Origin: Candidatus Dormiibacterota bacterium | Lineage (GTDB): Bacteria > Chloroflexota > Dormibacteria > Aeolococcales > Aeolococcaceae | Assembly: GCA_036828955.1 (NCBI GenBank) | Contig: DAISRJ010000004.1 | Location: 15,687-79,686, forward strand | Length of the DNA: 64,000 nucleotides | Direction: 5' to 3' | Part shown: positions 52,826 through 64,000 of the stretch, piece by piece | How positions within the stretch are numbered: position 1 is the stretch's first letter | How the letters are laid out: each line of letters starts with the position of its first letter | Translations under genes and position numbers: made by a program | The notes under the pieces: generated by a model | Told to the model about the DNA's origin: nothing | Seen by the model: the letters and a program-made list of their open reading frames with translations, nothing else | Databases searched by the model: none

Positions 52826-53815
52826 ATGCGGGTGGTCGTCCTCGGTGGAACACACTTCGTCGGTCGCGCCATCGTCGACGACCTGGTGACCGCGGGCCAC
52901 GAGGTCGCCGTGATTCACCGCGGCCTGCGCGAGCCGGACGGCATGGCCGCGGTCAGGCACATCCATCTCGCCCGCGAAACCTGGGCGACCGGGAGTGCGA
53001 CGCTGGCAGCGATCGAGTCAGACGCGGTCGTGGACTGCCTGGCGATGTGTCGAGAGGACGCCGCCGCCGCCCTCGCCGCCTTTCCGAATGCGGCGCGCCT
53101 GGTGGTGCTGTCGAGCATGGATGTGTACCGGGCCTTCGCCTCCCTCAACAGCGGCCGCGACACCGATGCCGTCCCCATCGACGAGGGGTCACCACTGAGC
53201 GAGGACCGGCATCCCCGGCGCGGGCAGGGCGACGCCGGCGGGTATTCGAAGCAGGACGTCGAGGAGGAGTACCTGGGGCGCGGCGGCGTCGTGCTCCGTC
53301 TCCCCGCGGTGTACGGCGAGCACGACTATCGGCGCCGCGAGGAGTTCATCCTTCGGCGGGTTCGCGCCCGGCGGCGAAGTGTGCCCATCGGCACGGGCGG
53401 CTTCCTCTGGACGAGGGGTTGGGTGCGCGACATCGCCCGCGGCGTGCGACTGGCCGTCGAGCACGGGGATGCCGGCGGCGAGGTGTTCAACATCGGCGAG
53501 GAGCGCACCTGGACGATCCGTTTGTGGGCGCGACGAATTCTTGACGCAGCGGGGTCGGACATCGACCTCGTCGAGGTGCCCGACGACGTCCTCCCCGCCG
53601 ACATGGCGCTCAGCGCGGCGCGGCTGACACAACCGGTGCTGGTGTCGAGCGCGAAGGCGAGGAGGGTGCTCGGCTACTCCGACAGCGACCCCATGTCCGC
53701 TCTGCGCTCGTCGGTGGGCTGGCACCTTCGTCACCCGCCGGAGGACGCCGACCCGGACTTCAGCGCCGACGACACAGCCCTGGAGAGCCGGCTGCCACCA
53801 CGGACCACGGCCTGA
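52826..53815 (+). CDS. NAD-dependent epimerase/dehydratase family protein
   Basis: VVLGGTHFVGRAIV Rossmann GxxGxxG and a YSKQDVE (YxxxK) motif. ATG 52826 lies inside ORF 52493..53815. Confidence 0.75.
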   Translation: MRVVVLGGTHFVGRAIVDDLVTAGHEVAVIHRGLREPDGMAAVRHIHLARETWATGSATLAAIESDAVVDCLAMCREDAAAALAAFPNAARLVVLSSMDVYRAFASLNSGRDTDAVPIDEGSPLSEDRHPRRGQGDAGGYSKQDVEEEYLGRGGVVLRLPAVYGEHDYRRREEFILRRVRARRRSVPIGTGGFLWTRGWVRDIARGVRLAVEHGDAGGEVFNIGEERTWTIRLWARRILDAAGSDIDLVEVPDDVLPADMALSAARLTQPVLVSSAKARRVLGYSDSDPMSALRSSVGWHLRHPPEDADPDFSADDTALESRLPPRTTA

Positions 53816-53887
53816 GGGTCGCGGCCACTTCGGCGCGGCCGACGAAGAGATCCATGCGGGTACCCTCGATACCAGAAGGAGAACCAC

Positions 53888-54367
53888 ATGACGCTTCTGG
53901 CCATCGGCGACCAGGCACCTGAGATCACCGCGCGGCGCCGCGACGGCAGCGAGTTGACACTCTCGTCGCTGCGCGGCCGCCAGGTGCTCGTGTACTTCTA
54001 CCCGAAGGACGACACCCCCGGCTGCACGGCGGAAGCGCGCGGCCTCAATGACAACCTGGCAGCGCTCACCGAGAGCGGGGCTGACGTCATCGGGGTGAGC
54101 ACGGACAGCTGGGACGCCCATCACCGCTTCGCCGAGAAGCACGGCCTGGAGTTCGCGCTCGCTTCCGACAGCGACCACGCCATCAGGAAGGCCTATGGTG
54201 TCGGCAGGATGCTCGGCGCGCTCCCCGTGGTCCAGCGCGTCTCGTTTCTTGTCGGCCGGGACGGACGCATCGCCCACGTCTGGCCGCGGGTCAACGCCGC
54301 CAGGCACGCGGCCGACGTCCTCGAAGAGGTGCGCCGGCGCACAAAGCCCGGCACGGCTGTCGCCTAG
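53888..54367 (+). CDS. bcp: thioredoxin-dependent peroxiredoxin Bcp
   Basis: YFYPKDDTPGCTAEA contains the peroxidatic Cys motif. AAGGAG lies upstream of the ATG. Confidence 0.9.
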   Translation: MTLLAIGDQAPEITARRRDGSELTLSSLRGRQVLVYFYPKDDTPGCTAEARGLNDNLAALTESGADVIGVSTDSWDAHHRFAEKHGLEFALASDSDHAIRKAYGVGRMLGALPVVQRVSFLVGRDGRIAHVWPRVNAARHAADVLEEVRRRTKPGTAVA

Positions 54368-55392
54368 GTCCGCGCGGCCAGGGCCGCCTCGGCGGGGTCC
54401 GCGATGCCGGCGGCCGGCGCAGCGGCCACCACGCTCGGCGGCGCGCGCCGCTGTCGTACGGCATCGGCGCTGAGGATGATCAGCGCGATCCACACCACCG
54501 CGAAGCCGCCGAGACGCGCCGGCGGCAGTGGCTCGCCGCGGATCACGCCACCGATGACGAACTGCAATGCCGGGGCGATGTACTGAAGCAGCCCCACTGA
54601 CGACAGAGGGAGCCGCCTGGCAGCGCCCGCGAACAGGAGGAGTGGGATCGCCGTGAGCGGCCCTGACCCGGCGAGAAGGAGCAGGTGGCCGGGCGTGGCG
54701 CCGTGGCCGATCCAGGTGGCCCCACCGGCCGCCGCCAGCACGGCCAGGAAGGCCAACGCCGGCACGACCGTCGCCGCTGTCTCAACGACGACACCCTCCG
54801 GCGCGCCGGAACGAATGCTCTTCTTGATGAGCGCATAACCGGCGAAGCTGACGGCGAGGAACAGCGCCAGCCACGGCGGCCGGGCGTAGTCGACGGTGAG
54901 AATCGCAACAGCCACAACGCCGAGGCCGACGGCGATCCACTGCACGGGACGGAGGCGCTCGTGGAGGAACAACACCCCGAGCGCTGTGACGAGCAGCGGG
55001 CAGATGAAGTAGCCCAGGCTCGAGTCGAGCACGTGACCGTTGTTGACGCCCCAGATGTATGCGCCCCAGTTGAAGGCGATGACCAGCCCGGCAACACCGA
55101 GACGCAGGCGCGTCGTGCGGTCGAGACGCCGCACCAGGCTGAGCTCGTGGCGCACCGCCATCACGGCGGTCACGGCGACGAGGCTGAAGACGATTCGGCA
55201 GGCGAGGATCTCCAGCGGGTCCGCAGGCTCGAGAAGAGGCCAGTAGAGGGGCAGAAGTCCCCAACTCACGTACGCGAGCACCCCGTACATCAGCCCGCGC
55301 GTCGCCCGCGTCACACCGCTCCTCCTCTGGCCATCCATCGCCGATGGTAGGAGGTCACCTGTGTTGGTGGCTCCTGCGCCGCCGGCCAACAC
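54364..55392 (-). CDS. rarD: EamA/RarD-family transporter
   Basis: Ten hydrophobic segments in two EamA repeats. The N-terminal GVLAYVSWGLLPLYW resembles RarD. The start is uncertain (GTG 55392 or ATG 55338). Confidence 0.6.
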   Translation of the reverse strand: MLAGGAGATNTGDLLPSAMDGQRRSGVTRATRGLMYGVLAYVSWGLLPLYWPLLEPADPLEILACRIVFSLVAVTAVMAVRHELSLVRRLDRTTRLRLGVAGLVIAFNWGAYIWGVNNGHVLDSSLGYFICPLLVTALGVLFLHERLRPVQWIAVGLGVVAVAILTVDYARPPWLALFLAVSFAGYALIKKSIRSGAPEGVVVETAATVVPALAFLAVLAAAGGATWIGHGATPGHLLLLAGSGPLTAIPLLLFAGAARRLPLSSVGLLQYIAPALQFVIGGVIRGEPLPPARLGGFAVVWIALIILSADAVRQRRAPPSVVAAAPAAGIADPAEAALAART

Positions 55393-55398
55393 GCCGTC

Positions 55399-57006
<1,608 letters not shown>

Positions 57007-57173
57007 GAGGAGACGTCCTGAAGAGATGCGGCGGCAGCAGTCACAGGGTACACCGGACGGGGTCCGCGAGCGTCACCAACCCTGCTCCGATCCGGTGCCA
57101 ATCAGTCGCGAACGGACGCTGTGACGGCCCCTGCGGCACTGCGCAGATCGCTCGCGGCGGGTGCAAACTGCTG

Positions 57174-58946
57174 TCACACCAAAACGAACCGGGCCCCAAG
57201 TGTTCTCGCGAGTGTCCGATGTGCGAGCCCCGTTCCAATCAGAACCGAACGCGCCGGATCGACGACGCGCGCCCGTGCGAAGGCGAGAGGCAGCCCCGGG
57301 AGCGGCGGCCTGCACCAGCAGCTCGGCGGTCCGGCGGCGTGAGGGCACAGTGCGCTGGACACCGATCCCGAGATCTCCGACGCAAGGCTGGCAACGCAGG
57401 CGTCGAGCTCCGCCGGTGTGCCCTGCGGCTTCCACTCGAAGACCAGGTGAGGCGCCGTCCGATCACCCTCCTCCAGGGCGCGCTGCCAGCCCGGCCGCGT
57501 CAGCGCAGCGGCCGCCACGAAGCTGACCGCCCGTCCGTCCCCGGTCGGCGGTGTGCGCACAAACGGCACTCTCTCCACGGCGGCGAATCCCTCGTCGGTG
57601 GCCGGCGGCTCGAGCTCTCGCAAGGCGCGCATCTGCGAGGTCGGCAGGAGCATCCCCGGCTCACGCTGCCCCAGCGCGCGCAGCTCCTCGGGCGTGGGCA
57701 GAGAGCCAAAGCGGTCGAGGAGCCGCTCGACCAGGTTGACCTGGGCCTGGGCGAGCGGCGTGTCCAGCCAGACACACCGTGCCGGCACGCGATGCCGGGT
57801 TGCTGCCTCGACCGCGTGGCTTCGTGCAGCGCGGCTCAGCCAGGTGTTGTCGAGGACGACCCGCGCGGTGCCGCTCGCCAGCTCCCGGTCGAGGGCCTCG
57901 GCAAGGTCACGCAGGGAGCCTCCGCGCTGATCGCGGTTGAGCCGACCATAGCCACGGGCAACGAATTCGTCTGCGCGACGGCTCTTGCCGGCGCCCGGGA
58001 TGCCCATGAGGAGGACCACGTCCGCGTCCGTTCGCGCGCGCCGTCGGGGCGGGGGTGCCGGGCGAGGGCCCCCGAACGCTTGAGCGAGGACCGCTCGATC
58101 AGCTGCTTGGAGGTGCAGCCCGGCCGCCCCTGCGGCTGAGCGCGCCGTCTCGGGGCGTCGCGCCCCCGGGATCGCCACAACGGCGGGCGAGAGGTCGAGC
58201 AGCCAGGCGAGCGCCACCTCGGATGGGCTCGCCCCGCGTGCCGTCGCGACGCCCGCCAGCACCCGCTGCCGTGCCAGGCCCTTCGCCCGGCGCGGGCCGC
58301 CCAGCGGGGAATGGGCGATCACGGCGATTCCCCTCTCTTCGCAGTACTCGACGAGGCCGCCTCGAATGGCGGTGGCGTCGTACGGACTGATGGCAACCTG
58401 GACGGCGGTGATCGGGGCCAGGTCGAGTGCTTCATCCAGCTGCCGGCGATTGACGTTGGCAACACCGACGTGGGCCACGACCCCCTCGTCGAGGAGGCGG
58501 GCCAGCGCGCGTACCGACGTTCGCCAGGGTGTGCGCGGATCAGGCGCGTGAAGGAGGTAGAGGTCGATCGGCAGGCCGTCAAGGGCGACCAGGCTCGCCT
58601 CACAGTCGCCGCGGATCGCGCCTGCGCGACCGTCCGGGACCCAGCCGCCGCCTGCCCGCGTCATGCCCCCCTTGGTGACGATTCGCGCGCTCCCGCGCGC
58701 ACCGCAGCGGCGCAGGGCGCGGGCAAGCAACGCCTCGTTCTCTCCGAGGTTCGCGGGGCCGCGACCGTATGCGCGAGCGGTGTCGAACACGGTCACACCC
58801 GCCTCAACCGCCGCGCCGATCGTGGCGATGGCGAGATCCTCGTCGCGGTCGTCGTCCGTGGACAGACGCATGCAACCGAGCCCGATGCGCAGCTCGGTCT
58901 CCGCGAGCCACCGAGGACGGCTCAAGACATGATCGGCTTTACGCAC
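57174..58946 (-). CDS. three-domain fusion: aldo-keto reductase / PNKP-type P-loop kinase / degenerate HAD-IIIA phosphatase-like domain
   Basis: AKR contexts FDTARAYG, IVTKGG and LLHAPD. Kinase motifs LLMGIPGAGKS, LNRDQRG, VVLDNT and VPARCVWLD. The C-terminal CPH..CWCRPPLPGL resembles GmhB/PNKP phosphatases but lacks the DxDxT, Lys and GDxxxD residues. Confidence 0.8.
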   Translation of the reverse strand: MRKADHVLSRPRWLAETELRIGLGCMRLSTDDDRDEDLAIATIGAAVEAGVTVFDTARAYGRGPANLGENEALLARALRRCGARGSARIVTKGGMTRAGGGWVPDGRAGAIRGDCEASLVALDGLPIDLYLLHAPDPRTPWRTSVRALARLLDEGVVAHVGVANVNRRQLDEALDLAPITAVQVAISPYDATAIRGGLVEYCEERGIAVIAHSPLGGPRRAKGLARQRVLAGVATARGASPSEVALAWLLDLSPAVVAIPGARRPETARSAAGAAGLHLQAADRAVLAQAFGGPRPAPPPRRRARTDADVVLLMGIPGAGKSRRADEFVARGYGRLNRDQRGGSLRDLAEALDRELASGTARVVLDNTWLSRAARSHAVEAATRHRVPARCVWLDTPLAQAQVNLVERLLDRFGSLPTPEELRALGQREPGMLLPTSQMRALRELEPPATDEGFAAVERVPFVRTPPTGDGRAVSFVAAAALTRPGWQRALEEGDRTAPHLVFEWKPQGTPAELDACVASLASEISGSVSSALCPHAAGPPSCWCRPPLPGLPLAFARARVVDPARSVLIGTGLAHRTLARTLGARFVLV

Positions 58947-58977
58947 CCCACAGCCCCGGAGGTCGGAGAGGACAGCT

Positions 58978-59553
58978 CTACCTAGACAGACTCTCGTGTC
59001 CAGGGCTGTACTCCGCGTACACGGCTCGGCGGCCGAGAACCCTCCCGACAGGAGCCAAGGTTGCGAACACGGCGCGCTGCACGACCGCCGGCGGCCTGGT
59101 CAGCGAAGGGCACGAATCGCCCAGGTCCCGAAAGGCCACAGCGATCTGCAGGAGACCTGGGATTCCCTTGCTGTTCGTCTTTCCATCGCGGGCCAGCCCG
59201 AAGAAGCCCTCGAAGAACGTCTCGGTGTCGAGCGCCGGTCGAAGCTCAACGCGCACCGTGGCTTCCTCCTGACCGTGGTTCCACCAACCGTGCGGAACGC
59301 CAGCGGGGACGGCGACCTCCTCCTCCAGACCGACCTCCCGCCGATTGCCAGCCACCTCGAGTCCGATCGTGCCCGCTTGGACCCGGAAGCGCTCCTCCTG
59401 CCGAACATGACGGTGCGCGGCGGCAACGGCGGCGCCGGGGCGGAGGGAGAGATCAAACGAGAGGAGCTCTCCACCTGTGGTTTGGGCGGTCTCGATCCAG
59501 GTGATCCTCTCGCCGTTGACCGGGTTCTCGATCGTCTCCCCGACTCTTGCCAT
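58978..59553 (-). CDS. cupin domain protein
   Basis: AAHRHVRQEERFRV...VPAGVPHGWWN gives a two-motif cupin pattern. 191 aa. Confidence 0.7.
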   Translation of the reverse strand: MARVGETIENPVNGERITWIETAQTTGGELLSFDLSLRPGAAVAAAHRHVRQEERFRVQAGTIGLEVAGNRREVGLEEEVAVPAGVPHGWWNHGQEEATVRVELRPALDTETFFEGFFGLARDGKTNSKGIPGLLQIAVAFRDLGDSCPSLTRPPAVVQRAVFATLAPVGRVLGRRAVYAEYSPGHESLSR

Positions 59554-59559
59554 CGTCCG

Positions 59560-59565
59560 ATGCTA
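59560..59565 (-). promoter_or_regulatory. -10-like hexamer TAGCAT, 6 nt upstream of cupin ATG (leaderless geometry)
   Basis: The minus strand reads TAGCAT cggacg ATG(59553). No Shine-Dalgarno. Confidence 0.35.
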
Positions 59566-59695
59566 CCAATCGAAGTGATGTCCCGTAGGGTGGTGTAAAT
59601 TCGCACCCCACCAGGCGCTCAACCGCGGTCCGGGCATGGGCTGGTGACCCGAGACCACCACCGCGTTGGCTTCAAAATTGGCTTCAGGGGCCGGT

Positions 59696-60093
<398 letters not shown>

Positions 60094-60268
60094 ACGAGGC
60101 GCACGTGTCCACGGACACGCGCTTGCTGCCCTCCATCGTACCGCGTGATGCGAGCCCACAGCCTCCCCGGCCATGACCGACCCGCGTTCGGCTGCCACCC
60201 CCGGCGCGACGGCGGCCGCATGCCGGATCGTGAGGCTCCGTCCGCGCCCGTTGGCGCGCGGCTGGGCC

Positions 60269-60274
60269 TACTCT
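60269..60274 (+). promoter_or_regulatory. -10-like hexamer TACTCT, 6 nt upstream of ATG 60281 (leaderless geometry)
   Basis: TACTCT tagacc ATG. No Shine-Dalgarno. Confidence 0.35.
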
Positions 60275-60280
60275 TAGACC

Positions 60281-60832
60281 ATGTCCACCCGGGCGCGACA
60301 GAACGAGCTCGATCTGACCCGCAGACGAGGGTTCGCCGCGGGTGTCCGTCGCTGGACGATCCCGGCCATCGGCGCCGCGACGCCGATCGGGCTGATCGTG
60401 GTCAACATCGCCGCCTTCATCGTCAACCACCTCGCCCAGTTCCGCCTCGGGATCAGCATCCTGGCGTTCGTGAGCAGCCTGATGCTCAACTCCTGGACGG
60501 CCCTGAAGATCTACCGCGTCGCCAAGCTGCGATTCCCCAACTCCGCGAGCCTCCACGACCGCAACCAGGAGGTGGTGCTGGTGGTGGGCCTGGCGCTGAT
60601 CATCGGCATCTCCTTCGTGGAAGCCCTGTTCTGCTACAACGGCCTGAGCAACGAGGCCGACCTGCCCAACTCCTCGACGTTCATCCTCGGCGTCGTCGCC
60701 ATCGCGATTCCCATCCTGTTGCAGGCGTTGTTCGCCCGCATCCTGCACGACACCAACACGGATCGCCTCGACGAGCGGGTCGACGGCTACCCGCTGCCAC
60801 CGCCGGCACCCGGCGACACCTGGAGACCCTGA
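60281..60832 (+). CDS. hypothetical membrane protein (4 hydrophobic segments)
   Basis: 183-aa ORF with normal codon bias. Its stop overlaps the next start (TGATG at 60830-60834). No family recognised. Confidence 0.55.
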   Translation: MSTRARQNELDLTRRRGFAAGVRRWTIPAIGAATPIGLIVVNIAAFIVNHLAQFRLGISILAFVSSLMLNSWTALKIYRVAKLRFPNSASLHDRNQEVVLVVGLALIIGISFVEALFCYNGLSNEADLPNSSTFILGVVAIAIPILLQALFARILHDTNTDRLDERVDGYPLPPPAPGDTWRP

Positions 60833-61749
60833 TGCTCGCCGCCCAATTGCTCGTGCACCATGCCCTGTTGCTGCGCGCCGGCGGTGGCCAGGGATTCAGC
60901 GGCGGGGGCTTGGGCGGGGGCGGCTACGGCGGCGGGGGCTACTACGGCGGGGGCGGTTACTACGGGGGCGGCGGCCTGGGCTCGCTGGGCCTGATCTCCC
61001 TGCTTTTCTTCGGCGGAGGCCCCCTCTTCTTCCTCTTCCTGCTCATCTCCGCGTTCAGCTCGTGGCGGCGCATGTCCGGCCGCGGGCCTCGCGTGTACTC
61101 GGGCGGCTACGCGCCCTCGTACGGCTCCGGGTACGGGGTGCCCAGTGGCTACGGGGTCACCCAGCCGGCCCCGCCGACGGTGGACAGCGTGGCCGCGGGA
61201 CTGGCCGCGATCCGCGGCCACGATCCGCAATTCGACGAGACGGAGTTCGTCAACCAGGCGCAGCGCGAGTTCTTCATCATCGAGAAGGCCTGGAGCGACG
61301 GCAAGCCCGAGGAGAGCCGGCGCGTGATGTCGGACACCCTGTGGGACCAGCACCGGGCTCAGATCGAGCAGTACGTCGCCAAGGGCCAGCGCAACATGCT
61401 CGACAACCTCGCCCTGGCTGGGGCCACCATCACCAGCGCGGGAAGCAACGCCCACCACGACCACATCCAGCTGCGCATCCATGCGGCGTGCGCCGACTAC
61501 GACATCGACGTCGCCACCAAGAAGGTCGTGCGCGGCGACCACACGGTGCGGGAGTGGTACGAGGACTGGCTGTTCGAACGCTCCTCCACGGCCACCACCC
61601 GCCCCGACGGCGGCACCATGGCCCAGCACTGTCCCAACTGCGGGGCGCCGCTCGACGTCGACCTCAGCGGGGTGTGCTCGTACTGCAAGGCGCCCGTGAT
61701 GAGCGGGGACTACGACTGGGTGCTGGCCAGGATCGAACAGGTCCAGTAG
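60832..61749 (+). CDS. Tim44-like domain protein with Gly/Tyr-rich N-terminus, one TM and C-terminal zinc ribbon
   Basis: GGGYGGGGYYGGGGYYGGGG, then LISLLFFGGGPLFFLFLLISAF. A Tim44-like core follows (FDETEFVNQAQREFFIIEKAW...WLFER), and the end carries CPNCGAP...CSYCKAP. ATG 60832 lies inside ORF 59998..61749. Confidence 0.7.
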   Translation: MLAAQLLVHHALLLRAGGGQGFSGGGLGGGGYGGGGYYGGGGYYGGGGLGSLGLISLLFFGGGPLFFLFLLISAFSSWRRMSGRGPRVYSGGYAPSYGSGYGVPSGYGVTQPAPPTVDSVAAGLAAIRGHDPQFDETEFVNQAQREFFIIEKAWSDGKPEESRRVMSDTLWDQHRAQIEQYVAKGQRNMLDNLALAGATITSAGSNAHHDHIQLRIHAACADYDIDVATKKVVRGDHTVREWYEDWLFERSSTATTRPDGGTMAQHCPNCGAPLDVDLSGVCSYCKAPVMSGDYDWVLARIEQVQ

Positions 61750-61754
61750 GCGGC

Positions 61755-61789
61755 GTCAGCGCAGGCGAATTCACTTCGCCGGCGCTGAC
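61755..61789. terminator. hairpin between convergent Tim44-like gene and acs (15-bp stem, one mismatch)
   Basis: GTCAGCGCAGGCGAA ttcac TTCGCCGGCGCTGAC. Confidence 0.4.
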
Positions 61790-61812
61790 ACAACTTGGTG
61801 GGGGGTGCCCGC

Positions 61813-61832
61813 GGGGGGAACGTGTTCCCCCC
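61813..61832. terminator. second hairpin (GGGGGGAAC gt GTTCCCCCC) just downstream of acs stop
   Basis: Perfect 9-nt inverted repeat located 6 nt from the acs stop codon (61839-61841). Confidence 0.4.
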
Positions 61833-61838
61833 TCGCTT

Positions 61839-63809
<1,971 letters not shown>

Positions 63810-63863
63810 GGGGATCTCCTCCGCGTGCTTGCGCGCCGCTGGTGGTCGGTGAATCGTCTTCCG

Positions 63864-64000
63864 TCAGGTGGGCAGAATGCGGCGCTTGAAGTTGGCGTTG
63901 GCAACGTCGGCGAAGGAGGTGTACACGGCTGCCGCCGTCGTGGCGAGACCGACGAAGCCGCCCACCTGGGTGATCCCGTCGCTTGTCGCGAACTTGCCGA
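63864..64000 (-). CDS. C-terminal end of a GPR1/FUN34/YaaH (SatP-like acetate transporter) family protein; 5' part outside window
   Basis: The minus-strand frame reads ..GKFATSDGITQVGGFVGLATTAAAVYTSFADVANANFKRRILPT*, with its stop at 63864-63866. It resembles the last TM helix and tail of acetate-uptake channels, and it sits directly upstream of acs. It is not in the ORF track because the start lies off-window. Confidence 0.5.
   Translation of the reverse strand, partial: GKFATSDGITQVGGFVGLATTAAAVYTSFADVANANFKRRILPT

Noticed and set aside
60881-60990. G-rich quasi-tandem DNA repeat (ggc ggg ggc tac tac ...)
   Set aside because: It is the coding sequence for the Gly/Tyr low-complexity head of the Tim44-like protein. 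It is not a CRISPR array or a non-coding VNTR.

Overview
This is a very GC-rich (judged by eye, not computed), almost fully coding stretch of core chromosome. It shows strong third-position GC bias and many 1-4 nt start/stop overlaps.

Gene content:
- The centre is a division/cell-wall (dcw) cluster: mraZ-rsmH-ftsL-ftsI-mraY-murD-ftsW-murG-murC(Mpl-like)-murB-ddl-[alpha/beta hydrolase]-[membrane-anchored MurF-like ligase]-ftsQ.
- The cluster is then interrupted by metF (opposite strand), an MDR oxidoreductase and a secreted alkaline-phosphatase-superfamily enzyme.
- It resumes with ftsA-ftsZ-nrdR-yggS-lspA-rluD-gmk-coaC-coaB-priA-def-fmt.
- The left flank carries a GH63-like glucosidase, a Cys-rich orphan plus GNAT pair, an NrtR-like regulator, HtrA, a two-HKD PLD protein, LonA, Nudix and MBL hydrolases, trpD and COG1579-rnhA.
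- The right flank carries smpB, a GT87-like membrane glycosyltransferase, hflX, an aquaporin, an epimerase, bcp, rarD, an ABC-F ATPase, an aldo-keto-reductase/PNKP-like kinase/degenerate-HAD fusion, a cupin, a membrane protein plus Tim44-like protein pair, acs and the end of a satP-like gene.

RNAs and mobile elements:
- Two structured RNAs are clear: RNase P RNA (16029-16435, minus) and tmRNA (59725-60093, minus, tag ANTAQPLALAA).
- I saw no rRNA, tRNA, CRISPR array, transposase, integrase or phage gene.

Lineage (inference only): gene order resembles Actinomycetota (COG1579-rnhA-rnpB; ftsZ..yggS..lspA-rluD; gmk-coaBC-priA-def-fmt). However, FtsA is present, and murE, sepF/divIVA, rpoZ and metK are absent from their usual slots. 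This suggests a deep-branching Terrabacteria lineage.

Hunt result: I did not find a self-evident stand-alone novel system such as a defence island, mobile element or biosynthetic cluster. The most unusual things I can support from the sequence are:
1. A translationally coupled ddl / alpha/beta-hydrolase / membrane-anchored MurF-like block, together with the missing murE-murF pair and an Mpl-like ligase at the murC position.
2. The three-domain AKR / PNKP-type kinase / dead-HAD fusion next to tmRNA.
3. A recurrent TANNNT hexamer exactly 6-7 nt upstream of start codons, implying widespread leaderless mRNAs.
4. A three-box MraZ-type operator.

All family assignments come from motif recognition by eye, not from searches.
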